Positions 55,832 to 64,000 of a stretch of 64,000 nucleotides of DNA are shown here, piece by piece. Numbering within the stretch: the first letter of the stretch is position 1; each line of letters begins with the position of its first letter. The DNA lies in the NCBI GenBank assembly GCA_043803765.1, contig JAZDJQ010000001.1, positions 1 to 64,000 on the forward strand, given 5' to 3'. The notes beneath the pieces were generated by a model. It was not told where the DNA came from, did no database searches, and saw only the letters and a program-made list of their open reading frames with translations. Both the position numbers and the translations under genes were made by a program. The DNA comes from Candidatus Iainarchaeum sp. Lineage in GTDB: Archaea > Iainarchaeota > Iainarchaeia > Iainarchaeales > VGJJ01.

Positions 55832-56046
55832 CTTATTTTCTATTTTGTTGATGCTGTTTTACGTGGAAGTCGATTTTGTCTCCATTTTTTTGGGGGGATT
55901 GTGCTTCTTTTTTTTGTTAGGATGTGCGGCGCATTCCATTACCTAGCTATTTCGCTTTTTTTGAAATCGCATCCAGCAAAAATACCCTTGTCGCGGGTGG
56001 CGTTTTTCCCACGATTATGCGGGACATAAAAGACCGATGGACTAGT

Positions 56047-56157
56047 CTATAGTTTTCCAATTGCTTCCAATAGTTTTCGGTGCGGTTTCACCAGCTTGTT
56101 GAACAGTTCAAACTCTTCCCTGACGATAGCCAATCGTTCCTTATCGCTTAAACGCAT
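56047..56157 (-). CDS. Putative 36-aa antitoxin of the Doc-like toxin
   Basis: Manual translation MRLSDKERLAIVREEFELFNKLVKPHRKLLEAIGKL; overlaps the toxin 3' end. Confidence 0.55.
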   Translation of the reverse strand: MRLSDKERLAIVREEFELFNKLVKPHRKLLEAIGKL

Positions 56158-56539
56158 TGATTTTTCCATGTTGTATCCACTCCTTGATTTCTTCGTCCGT
56201 ATAATATCCCTCGCGTATTCCCGTCATGGTTTTGGCGTTGTCGGGATTGTCTGCAATGTTTGATTTAGCATTGTTCAGCGTTAAAAAATAAGTGGTCGCG
56301 AGTAGAGCCGTGCGTCGATTCCCGCTGGCAAATGCATGTTTTTGGATGATTCCTTTCATCAAAATAACTGCCTTGTCATACGTATCTCCTTTCGTTTGTT
56401 CACAGTTTCGCAAAACTTCTCGTATTTTCGTCTCACTCAACACTTTGGGCGAGTCGGCCTTTTTGGCCTTCAACAGCATTAGCGCCAACAGGTTGAGTTC
56501 GATGATTTTCTCCACGGAAGGATAGCCAATCATATCCAT
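56141..56539 (-). CDS. Fic/Doc family (death-on-curing) toxin
   Basis: KAVILMKGIIQKHAFASGNRRTA. Confidence 0.85.
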   Translation of the reverse strand: MDMIGYPSVEKIIELNLLALMLLKAKKADSPKVLSETKIREVLRNCEQTKGDTYDKAVILMKGIIQKHAFASGNRRTALLATTYFLTLNNAKSNIADNPDNAKTMTGIREGYYTDEEIKEWIQHGKINAFKR

Positions 56540-56569
56540 TTTCCGGAATGACTGCCTAAAAAAGGTATG

Positions 56570-56600
56570 GGTGTCGCGTGTTCAAATCACGCCAGCCCCA
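56570..56600 (+). repeat. Exact 31-nt copy of the tRNA-Phe 3' end (att-like)
   Basis: GGTGTCGCGTGTTCAAATCACGCCAGCCCCA identical to 55801-55831. Confidence 0.92.
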
Positions 56601-56614
56601 TTTTTTTTCCTGAA

Positions 56615-57037
56615 TTAGTATTTCAATGGATCGATTCGTTTTATTCCTTGTACCTTGTCAAAATCCGTGTCGGCTGAAATGATTTCCTTGACATCATTTA
56701 GTTCCATTGTTGCCAAATGGATTCTGTCGGCGCCAAATAACGTGTTTTCATACGTTGCGGCTTTCTTGATGGTGAATAAATCAGTATCTTGCCACGCGAT
56801 AGGATAACTCATGAGTGCGTCCATATTTTTTGGCAAATCTAGCTCTCTTTCCTTTTGTCTTCTTTTTTCACTATTTATTTTTTGGATGACTCCAATCATT
56901 TCAATGAGGGTTAACTGTGATGACGTCACTTTTAGTTTTCCATTTTCAATGTCTTCTAGGATTCTCGTGCATGCTTTGCCATACTTGTCGCTGTTTTCGA
57001 TAGCGTACCCAAATATGTTGGTGTCAATATATTTCAT
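56615..57037 (-). CDS. vapC: PIN-domain toxin VapC
   Basis: YIDTNIF, TLIE, ADRIHLAT, IISADTDFD. Confidence 0.9.
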   Translation of the reverse strand: MKYIDTNIFGYAIENSDKYGKACTRILEDIENGKLKVTSSQLTLIEMIGVIQKINSEKRRQKERELDLPKNMDALMSYPIAWQDTDLFTIKKAATYENTLFGADRIHLATMELNDVKEIISADTDFDKVQGIKRIDPLKY

Positions 57038-57264
57038 AGGTTGGCTCGGACATTTTTGATGAGATTCACCATGTCAATGTTCAATCGTACGTTTTGGGTG
57101 GTGAGAAATTTAGTGGGATTCTTAATCCGTTTGGGGGCGTCTACCAATACTTTTCCTCCAACAATGTACCATTCAATCATCTGTCCGGGTTTGGCTCCGA
57201 GAAAATCGGCTATTCTCTTGGGCACGGTAGCCTGGCGCTTGCTCGTTAAAGTGGATTCATCCAT
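57034..57264 (-). CDS. AbrB/MazE-type antitoxin
   Basis: STLTSKRQATVPKRIADFLGAKPGQMIEW; 4-nt overlap with vapC. Confidence 0.88.
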   Translation of the reverse strand: MDESTLTSKRQATVPKRIADFLGAKPGQMIEWYIVGGKVLVDAPKRIKNPTKFLTTQNVRLNIDMVNLIKNVRANL

Positions 57265-57269
57265 GTAAA

Positions 57270-57287
57270 AGTATTACCCGTAATACT
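57270..57287. promoter_or_regulatory. Operator palindrome of the antitoxin-vapC operon
   Basis: AGTATTAC-cc-GTAATACT between a TATA-like box and the ATG. Confidence 0.6.
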
Positions 57288-57457
57288 ATTTAACCTTTTG
57301 GGAGCCGTGCCGCCGCTGAAGTGTTCCGTGCATATCCAAATCACGCTAATCCTATTTCTAAAATAACATATTATTCTATTTTCTTGTGTTTTGCATTTTT
57401 TTTGCAAATTATAAAGAGGACACTAAATAGAAATAGACAAGACCTTTGAGAGAACTA

Positions 57458-58408
57458 TTATTTGGCCGCAGATAATCGATTAGCCACTTCATTCTCGAGT
57501 CTCATGAGAATCAATCTAACGACAAATGCACTGTTCTGAAACTCGTGCCGGACATCGGCCGCCACCTCTTTCATCGGTCCGCTAATGACCCCCAAGCGAT
57601 AAGTGTGTTGGCGCAGGATTGAACAACCTTTTTCAAGATCCTTTTGAGCTTCCTTCACCCTATAGCGAAGAGATTCATATTCTGTTTGCATTGGAGCATG
57701 GGAAAAATAATCATTAAATTGTTCAATGATATTTTTTCCGGCGTTCCTTCCTGTAGCTGAAAAAGAATCTACTAATTCCTCACATAACGGCGACGTGAAA
57801 ACGCGCAAAAAATATCTCAAAGTACGACTGTCAGCTTCCTGTTTTGAATATTCTTTTCGAATGGCCGTCAAATCCGAGGCCAACATTGGCAACGTGATTC
57901 TCTCCAATCGAAGTTTTTGCGATTGTATACTCAAATCATGCAGATTTATTGCGATAATGCCAATTTGGTTTTGCATGTTGTGACGAACGGTTGCGGTTTT
58001 AGCTGAAGATTTACTTATTGACTCCAAACTCCAAGTGAGTTTTTGTAGTCTATTTTGTGCTTCAAGGAGATCTTTTTGTCCATCAAAAACAGCCAATTCT
58101 AATTCACGCAAACGTTTCGTGGAATTTGAATCAGAACCTACAATCTCCTCCATCGAACGCCTAATGCCTGGGGAAGGAAAATATTGTGCATACAACTGCC
58201 TAAGCGAAGGAGAAGCAAACCGGCGGAGAAATAGTTCACGTTCATGCCACGAACCATGTTCCCCCGTTTTCTTTTTTTTCCGACGAATGCGCATAATCTC
58301 TCGTGCAACCGTTGAAATCGTCGTTGGACGGTTTCGAATGGGCCCCATGTAATTTGTCCATTTAGACTTAATTTGCCGGCGCAATCTCGATAGGAATGAA
58401 GATGGCAT
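57458..58408 (-). CDS. Hypothetical helical/coiled-coil protein
   Basis: 316-aa ORF with basic N-terminus; no motif recognised. Confidence 0.6.
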   Translation of the reverse strand: MPSSFLSRLRRQIKSKWTNYMGPIRNRPTTISTVAREIMRIRRKKKKTGEHGSWHERELFLRRFASPSLRQLYAQYFPSPGIRRSMEEIVGSDSNSTKRLRELELAVFDGQKDLLEAQNRLQKLTWSLESISKSSAKTATVRHNMQNQIGIIAINLHDLSIQSQKLRLERITLPMLASDLTAIRKEYSKQEADSRTLRYFLRVFTSPLCEELVDSFSATGRNAGKNIIEQFNDYFSHAPMQTEYESLRYRVKEAQKDLEKGCSILRQHTYRLGVISGPMKEVAADVRHEFQNSAFVVRLILMRLENEVANRLSAAK

Positions 58409-58516
58409 GCGACTAAAAAATGAAAATGGGTATTTAATGATAGGTGACGAATTACTGGCTGGACGGTGTGCTTTTTACAATAATTTCCTGTGCGCACGTT
58501 CGTTTTTTTTTTAAAA

Positions 58517-59986
58517 TTATTTAATGTTCCTCATCTGCGGGAAGAATAATACGTCGCGGATCGTGGGCTGGTCGAGTAATAGCATCACCATTCGATCGAT
58601 GCCGATTCCGAGTCCTCCCGTGGGGGGCATTCCGTATTCCATGGCGAGAATAAAGTCCTCGTCTACGGGCATTTCTTCTCCTTTTGCTCTTCCTTCTTTT
58701 GCTTGTTTTTCAAGTAATTCGCGCTGTTTGAGTGCATCATTCAATTCCGAATACGCGTTGCTTATTTCCCATCCGTTGATGAATGATTCAAACCGCTCAA
58801 TGAATCCTTTTTCGGTTCGGTGTTCTTTGCATAAGGGGGTTGTTTCATACGGGTAATCGGTGAGGTGCGTGGGCTGGGTGAGGTGTTTTTCCGCTACGGC
58901 TTCGAATAATTCGTTGATGATTAATCCTCTTATTTTTGGGTTTTCCATTTTGTTTCCTGTTTTGGCAATCTCTTTGAGTAATTCGTCATCACTCAATTGG
59001 TCCACGTCAATGTCGGCGTATTTTTTGATTGCTTTTTTCATGGGGAGTCGCTCCCATTTTTCTCCCAAATCGAAGTCAACTCCTTGGTATGTGAATCGTT
59101 CGTTTCCGTGTACGGCCATGCATGCTTCACGGTATATTTCTTCGGTTAGTTTCATCATATCATGATAATCGGCATATGCCCAGTAGCATTCCATGCTCGT
59201 AAATTCCGGATTGTGTGTTTTATCAATGTCTTCGTTTCTGAAATTTTTTCCTATTGTGTATACTTTTTCCATGTTTCCAATCGTGAGTCGTTTCAGATAC
59301 AATTCGGGTGATATGGATAAGTATAATTCTTGGTCGAGTGCATTGGATTGTGTGGTGAAGGGTCGTGCGTTTGCTCCTCCGTATTGTGTTTGCAGGGTGG
59401 GTATTTCTACTTCTACAAATCCTTGTCGATCTAACACGCGTCGTACTGCTTGAGTGATTTTGCTTCTTCCTACAAAAACACGTTTGACTTCTGGATTCAT
59501 GAGTAAGTCCAAGTATCGTTGCCTATACCTTGCTTCGATATCGGATAGTCCATGCCATTTGTCGGGGAGTGGTGCAATGCTTTTTCCTAGTATTCCTATT
59601 TTTTCTGCTAGTATGCTTATTTCTCCTCGTTGTGTTCGTATTATTTTTCCTTCGGCGAACCCGTAATCTCCTGCGTCCAGCATTTCGATGAGTTCAAATC
59701 CTTCGGCGGGTGTTACTCCTGCTTTTAATTGTACTTGTATTTTTCCCGTATCGTCCCACATGTCCAAGAATGCTAGTTTTCCAAATCCCCGTATGCTCAT
59801 TATTTTTCCACAGATTTTTGCTTGTTCGTTGCTTTCTTCCCCATTTTGTAGTCCATTAAATTTTCTTTTTATTTCGCTTGCAGTGTGCGTTCGTGAATAC
59901 TGATAAGGATAAGGATTGATTCCTTTCTCTTTGAGCGTTTTGAGTTTCTGTATTTTGCTCGTACGTAGTTCTTCAAACGTGGTCAT
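58517..59986 (-). CDS. lysS: Lysine--tRNA ligase, class II
   Basis: OB fold, RYRQRYLDL, SPELYLKRL, FRNEDIDKTHNPEF, YGMPPTGGLGIGIDR. Confidence 0.96.
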   Translation of the reverse strand: MTTFEELRTSKIQKLKTLKEKGINPYPYQYSRTHTASEIKRKFNGLQNGEESNEQAKICGKIMSIRGFGKLAFLDMWDDTGKIQVQLKAGVTPAEGFELIEMLDAGDYGFAEGKIIRTQRGEISILAEKIGILGKSIAPLPDKWHGLSDIEARYRQRYLDLLMNPEVKRVFVGRSKITQAVRRVLDRQGFVEVEIPTLQTQYGGANARPFTTQSNALDQELYLSISPELYLKRLTIGNMEKVYTIGKNFRNEDIDKTHNPEFTSMECYWAYADYHDMMKLTEEIYREACMAVHGNERFTYQGVDFDLGEKWERLPMKKAIKKYADIDVDQLSDDELLKEIAKTGNKMENPKIRGLIINELFEAVAEKHLTQPTHLTDYPYETTPLCKEHRTEKGFIERFESFINGWEISNAYSELNDALKQRELLEKQAKEGRAKGEEMPVDEDFILAMEYGMPPTGGLGIGIDRMVMLLLDQPTIRDVLFFPQMRNIK

Positions 59987-60051
59987 GCACTACTTTTGCC
60001 TCTGCCTACTCTTAAAAACAGGTGCCGGTTCTTCTGGGTACAATACCCGTT

Positions 60052-60792
60052 CTATACTTCTTTGAATGCTTCTTGTGTACTTGATATTTGGATTCCTCGC
60101 GGGGTTATTTGCAATGGGTGTAAGTCTTCCGAATGGTGGGTTGCCCGCAGTTTGCGTACGTGCAGGGTGCGGTTGCTTTGGCTTCCCATTCCTAAATAGT
60201 GCAGCATGAATACTCCGTCTACTACGAATTCTTCTATGCCAAATCGGGAGTATACTCCTCCGTCTCCTTCTCGTACTTCACTCACCATGAGTGTGGTAAC
60301 GCCTGTTCTTTCGAGCATATAACTTATTTTCAAAATGGCTTTTCGTACTTCATTTGCATTGTCATAATTGAATCCCAACGCGGGCAGTGAGTCAATTACG
60401 AGTCTTTTTGCTCCAATTCTTCGGGTGGTGCGCATGATTTCAAGTAATAGTTTGTCTAAGTCAAATCCAGTGGGCATGCTGAATTGTTCTTCGCTCGGCA
60501 TTCCTATTTTGGTGATGCTTCCATCAATAATTTCAACAATGTTTTCATCCTCTAGTTTTCGTAAATCCCATCCGAATGATAGCATGTCTTCTCTCAATAG
60601 ATTGGGCCGTTCATCTAATGTAACATATACGCCGGGCTGCTTATACTGCATTGCTCCTGCGTAAATGTATTGAGTGCAGAAAATACTTTTTCCTGTTCCA
60701 GTTGCTCCCGATACAAGGAAGCTTCTTCCTTCTGGAAGTCCTCCTTCGATGAGTTCGTCCAATCCGGTGATTCCGGTGGGAATGCGGTCCAT
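60052..60792 (-). CDS. KaiC/RAD55-family ATPase
   Basis: GATGTGKS, LVIDS, EEFVVDGV, RKLRAT. Confidence 0.9.
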   Translation of the reverse strand: MDRIPTGITGLDELIEGGLPEGRSFLVSGATGTGKSIFCTQYIYAGAMQYKQPGVYVTLDERPNLLREDMLSFGWDLRKLEDENIVEIIDGSITKIGMPSEEQFSMPTGFDLDKLLLEIMRTTRRIGAKRLVIDSLPALGFNYDNANEVRKAILKISYMLERTGVTTLMVSEVREGDGGVYSRFGIEEFVVDGVFMLHYLGMGSQSNRTLHVRKLRATHHSEDLHPLQITPRGIQISSTQEAFKEV

Positions 60793-60937
60793 TCTTTCAT
60801 GAATTCGTTGGTTTCTTTTAAGCCTGCGTATCGGTTGAGTGTAATTTCCATGCAATTTGGGGAACGTTTTAAAGACCCATTTCCCTCTTTGTCCCTATTG
60901 TCCCTTATCTTAGGGCGATGAATGGGAGGAAATACAC

Positions 60938-61756
60938 ATGTCTGATACAATTGGGGAGCACCATATGCATCACCCGCCTGTGAAGGGCGATGATTTTCAT
61001 GCTTATGTGCTTCCATTAAGCATACTTTTGGCTGCTATAATCATCGGCTGGTCGATGACGACTTCTGCGGCTGCATTGGGTAAGAGTTTCGCTAATATTG
61101 CAATTAATGTTCCTTCGAATGGGGGAGATAATTTGCCAGTTCTTCCTACCGACCAAGAGGATTTGGCTCCTTCCATAACTAAGACGATGGCCGAGCTTTT
61201 GGCGGATGCCCCGGGTGGCATTGGGAGTGATTCGGCTCCTCTTGTGATGGTGGAATACTCGGATTATCAGTGTCCTTATTGTAAGGTTTTTTTCAAGGAT
61301 ACGGAAGGGCAGCTTATTGATAAATATGTTGAATCGGGGCAGCTCCAAATTTTCTATAAGGATTTTCCTTTGAGTTTTCATTCAATGGCAGCTAACTCTG
61401 CAAATGCTGCTCGTTGTGCAGGGGAACAGGGAAAATATTGGGAGATGCATGATAAAATATTCGAGGAGACCTATGCGATTTCCCCTTCTGCTACTTCTCA
61501 GTATACAATAGACGATTTGAAGAAGTGGGGTGCTGATTTGGGATTGAACACCACTCAATTTGATTCGTGTGTGGACAGTTCGAAGTATGATGCCGAGATT
61601 CAGGCTGATTTGGTCGAGGGTCAAACGGTAGGGGTTGGGGGGACTCCCAGCTTTGTAATAGGTTTGCGCGACCAGCCCGGTCAGTTAATCGTGGGGGCTC
61701 AACCGTATTCTAGTTTTGAGATGGTGGTTGAATCGCTTCTTCAACAGGCCAATTAG
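60938..61756 (+). CDS. Membrane-anchored DsbA/thioredoxin-like oxidoreductase
   Basis: EYSDYQCPYC, KDFPL, GVGGTPSF, GAQP. Confidence 0.9.
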   Translation: MSDTIGEHHMHHPPVKGDDFHAYVLPLSILLAAIIIGWSMTTSAAALGKSFANIAINVPSNGGDNLPVLPTDQEDLAPSITKTMAELLADAPGGIGSDSAPLVMVEYSDYQCPYCKVFFKDTEGQLIDKYVESGQLQIFYKDFPLSFHSMAANSANAARCAGEQGKYWEMHDKIFEETYAISPSATSQYTIDDLKKWGADLGLNTTQFDSCVDSSKYDAEIQADLVEGQTVGVGGTPSFVIGLRDQPGQLIVGAQPYSSFEMVVESLLQQAN

Positions 61757-61841
61757 TTAATATTGTGGGGGAGGTTTAGGGATTTTTTCCCCTTTCCTTT
61801 TCCCACTCCTTTTTATTTTCTCTCTTCTTTTTTTCCTGTTC

Positions 61842-62357
61842 ATGAAGCACTTGTTGTTCTTTTCTTTTGTTGGTTTTCTTTTTTTGTCCGGTTGTATTTC
61901 GGCTAAATACGAGTCGCGTGACACATCAAGCATTGCTCCAACGTCTATTTCTTCGTTCCAGCTCCTTCCAAATGCTACCATCTGCACGGAAGATGGGAAA
62001 CCCATTATTCGTTTGTTTTCTACTACCACATGCCCTCATTGTCATTGGATTAATTCTACCATTAATGGGGTTATGGATGAATATGTTGCGGAAGGAAAGA
62101 TTGTTGCGTATCATTGGGAATTGGATAATGGGGATAATCAATTGACTCCTAATAGAGAGTCTTCTATTCTTCCGGGTGAAGTGGAGTTGTTTCAGTCCGT
62201 TAATCCCCAGCAGACCGTTCCAACCTATTTGTTTGGGTGTAAGTATTATCGTGTAGGAAACGCCTATGAGTCTATTGATAATACTGATTTGGAAGCGGGT
62301 GAGTTCAAAGCGGTGATTGAGAAACTCATTTCTGAAGTTTCGGCTAATTCCACTTAA
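61842..62357 (+). CDS. Thioredoxin-fold lipoprotein
   Basis: LSGC lipobox-like; CPHC; TVPT cis-Pro loop. Confidence 0.82.
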   Translation: MKHLLFFSFVGFLFLSGCISAKYESRDTSSIAPTSISSFQLLPNATICTEDGKPIIRLFSTTTCPHCHWINSTINGVMDEYVAEGKIVAYHWELDNGDNQLTPNRESSILPGEVELFQSVNPQQTVPTYLFGCKYYRVGNAYESIDNTDLEAGEFKAVIEKLISEVSANST

Positions 62358-62413
62358 CATTGGGGAACTAGTTTATATTTTTCTGCGTTTCATTTTGGTA
62401 TGGAGATGTTTGT

Positions 62414-62656
62414 ATGATGAATCACGCTATTACGATTTATTCTATTCCTTCGTGTGCCTATTGTAAGATGGAGAAAGAGTTCTTGATAGAGCATAACATT
62501 GTATTCAAGGAAGTAGATGTAGCCGAGGACACGCAAGCAGCCCAGCGAATGATTATGAAGTCCGGTCAGTCCGGTGTTCCCGTTACTGAGATTGATGGGA
62601 AAATTATTGTGGGCTTTGATAAGTCCGCATTGAAAAAACTCCTCGATATTGCCTAA
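62414..62656 (+). CDS. Glutaredoxin (NrdH/YruB-like)
   Basis: CAYC; SGQSGVPV; IVGFD. Confidence 0.9.
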   Translation: MMNHAITIYSIPSCAYCKMEKEFLIEHNIVFKEVDVAEDTQAAQRMIMKSGQSGVPVTEIDGKIIVGFDKSALKKLLDIA

Positions 62657-62660
62657 TTCG

Positions 62661-63692
62661 CTATGAGCAGTTCTTGGGTGGTTTTTTAATAAATTGTTCA
62701 AGGATGTCGGTGCATTCTCGGATGTCGTCTCGGCTGGCGATACTGTGCGTGGTATGAATATTTCGGATGCATACCCCCATTGATGTTGCGGGAACCCCTC
62801 CTTTGGATAATGAGATAGTGAGTGCATCTGTGGTTCCGAAGTTGCTCACTTCTAATTGGATGGGTATCTTCATCTGTTTTCCTAGTTTTCGGATGTAATT
62901 ATTGATGCATGCGTTTCCAATCATTTCGTCGTCTTTCATTGTGAGGACGGGCCCCTTTTCTACAATTTTGGTTGGTTCATCATTCATGTCGTTCGCATTG
63001 CTCACATCTACTGCAATAGCAATAGCGGGTTCTACTTGGTAGGTGGAGACTTTTGCTCCATACAATCCTACTTCTTCTTGTACAGTGAAAACATAGTAGA
63101 TATCATTTGTGCATTTTTTGAGTCGTTTAGCTAGTTCGAGTAGGATGAAGCATCCGATTCGGTCGTCAAGTGCTTTTCCTGCAATGAAATTTTTGTTTCC
63201 TATTCTGTGGTCGACTCGTTCTAGGCTTAGGTACGCTCCCACGTCTATTCCTTTTTGTTTGATTTCAGTCGCGCTGAGTCCAGTATCCACAAATAAGCTG
63301 TTCATCTCGGGTAGTTCGCTCATTTCGTAATCATTGTTTATTTCTTTTGTGGACACGATTCCTTTTACATTTTCTTTTGTTCCAATGACTTCTACTGTTT
63401 GTCCAATTACGTTGACGGTGTTGATTCCTCCAACTGCGCTCACGTACATTCTTCCGCTTTTGTCGATGCGTTTGATCATCAATCCTATTTCGTCCATGTG
63501 GGCGGCGAGCATGATGCTTGGTTTTTTTCCTTTTTTGTGGCAGATGAGGTCTCCCATTCTGTCTACTTTTGTAATATCGACGAGGGGTTTCATTCGTTTG
63601 ATGATATATTCTCGTACGAGTTCTTCGTTCCCCGATACTCCATCTAAATTCATTAATTCGTGCAGGATTTTATAATCCATTTTTTTATCCAT
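62661..63692 (-). CDS. M42 family aminopeptidase
   Basis: AAHMDEIG, KALDDRIG, VQEEVGL, GTTDA, IHT. Confidence 0.93.
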   Translation of the reverse strand: MDKKMDYKILHELMNLDGVSGNEELVREYIIKRMKPLVDITKVDRMGDLICHKKGKKPSIMLAAHMDEIGLMIKRIDKSGRMYVSAVGGINTVNVIGQTVEVIGTKENVKGIVSTKEINNDYEMSELPEMNSLFVDTGLSATEIKQKGIDVGAYLSLERVDHRIGNKNFIAGKALDDRIGCFILLELAKRLKKCTNDIYYVFTVQEEVGLYGAKVSTYQVEPAIAIAVDVSNANDMNDEPTKIVEKGPVLTMKDDEMIGNACINNYIRKLGKQMKIPIQLEVSNFGTTDALTISLSKGGVPATSMGVCIRNIHTTHSIASRDDIRECTDILEQFIKKPPKNCS

Positions 63693-63698
63693 TTCTCG

Positions 63699-64000
63699 TC
63701 ACCTCATTCCTCTTGTTACTTTTTCAATAACTGTCATTCCTTCATTTACTTCTTCTTTTGTTATATTCAACGAGGGGGAAATCCTTATTCCTTCCCATCC
63801 GCACCCTAGAACGATAACTCCTTCCTTAAAGCATTTTTGCTGGAATAGGTTTCTCATTTTGGTATTTTTAACGTCGAATGCCCGCATTAATCCTATTCCT
63901 CTTGGTCGGTGGATTTTGTCCGTTTTCGCATGGATTTCATTTAACCATTTTCCTATTTCTTTTCCTTGTAGTGTGGCATTTTGTAGGAGTTTTTTCTTTT
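63699..64000 (-). CDS. Class III aminotransferase (3' part; runs off window)
   Basis: RGIGLMRAFD..GVIVLGCGWEGIRISPSLNITKEEV. Confidence 0.8.
   Translation of the reverse strand, partial: KKKLLQNATLQGKEIGKWLNEIHAKTDKIHRPRGIGLMRAFDVKNTKMRNLFQQKCFKEGVIVLGCGWEGIRISPSLNITKEEVNEGMTVIEKVTRGMR

Overview
Archaeal chromosomal window, probably a DPANN-type lineage (inference). Markers include TFE, aTrm56, Taw1, XerA, PRC-barrel proteins, class III pilins and CCA-less archaeal tRNAs. From left to right it holds: an EcoRI-family methyltransferase with a small RHH gene beside a SWIM/DDE transposase; a surface-protein operon; a large type IV pilus cluster whose ATPase carries a 500-aa LAGLIDADG intein; tRNA-modification and housekeeping genes; an IS200/IS605-like hairpin remnant; an xerA-PRC-wHTH locus with GTAATTAC repeats, lying where the + strand flips from A-rich to T-rich (~37.05 kb, candidate origin or terminus); a second surface-protein locus; two tRNA-Lys genes with linked repeats; an ABC/COG1361 module; tRNA-Phe followed by tandem toxin-antitoxin cassettes; class II lysS; and thiol-redox and peptidase genes. 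The best candidate for an undescribed system is a two-locus family of secreted Cys-rich subunit-like proteins (212 aa, 405 aa, and the C-terminal domain of a ~1525-aa protein). Each is paired with a member of a second uncharacterised membrane-anchored family (QPEF...GPTFP), which suggests a non-type-IV fibre with dedicated assembly factors. All calls are by eye; no database searches were run.
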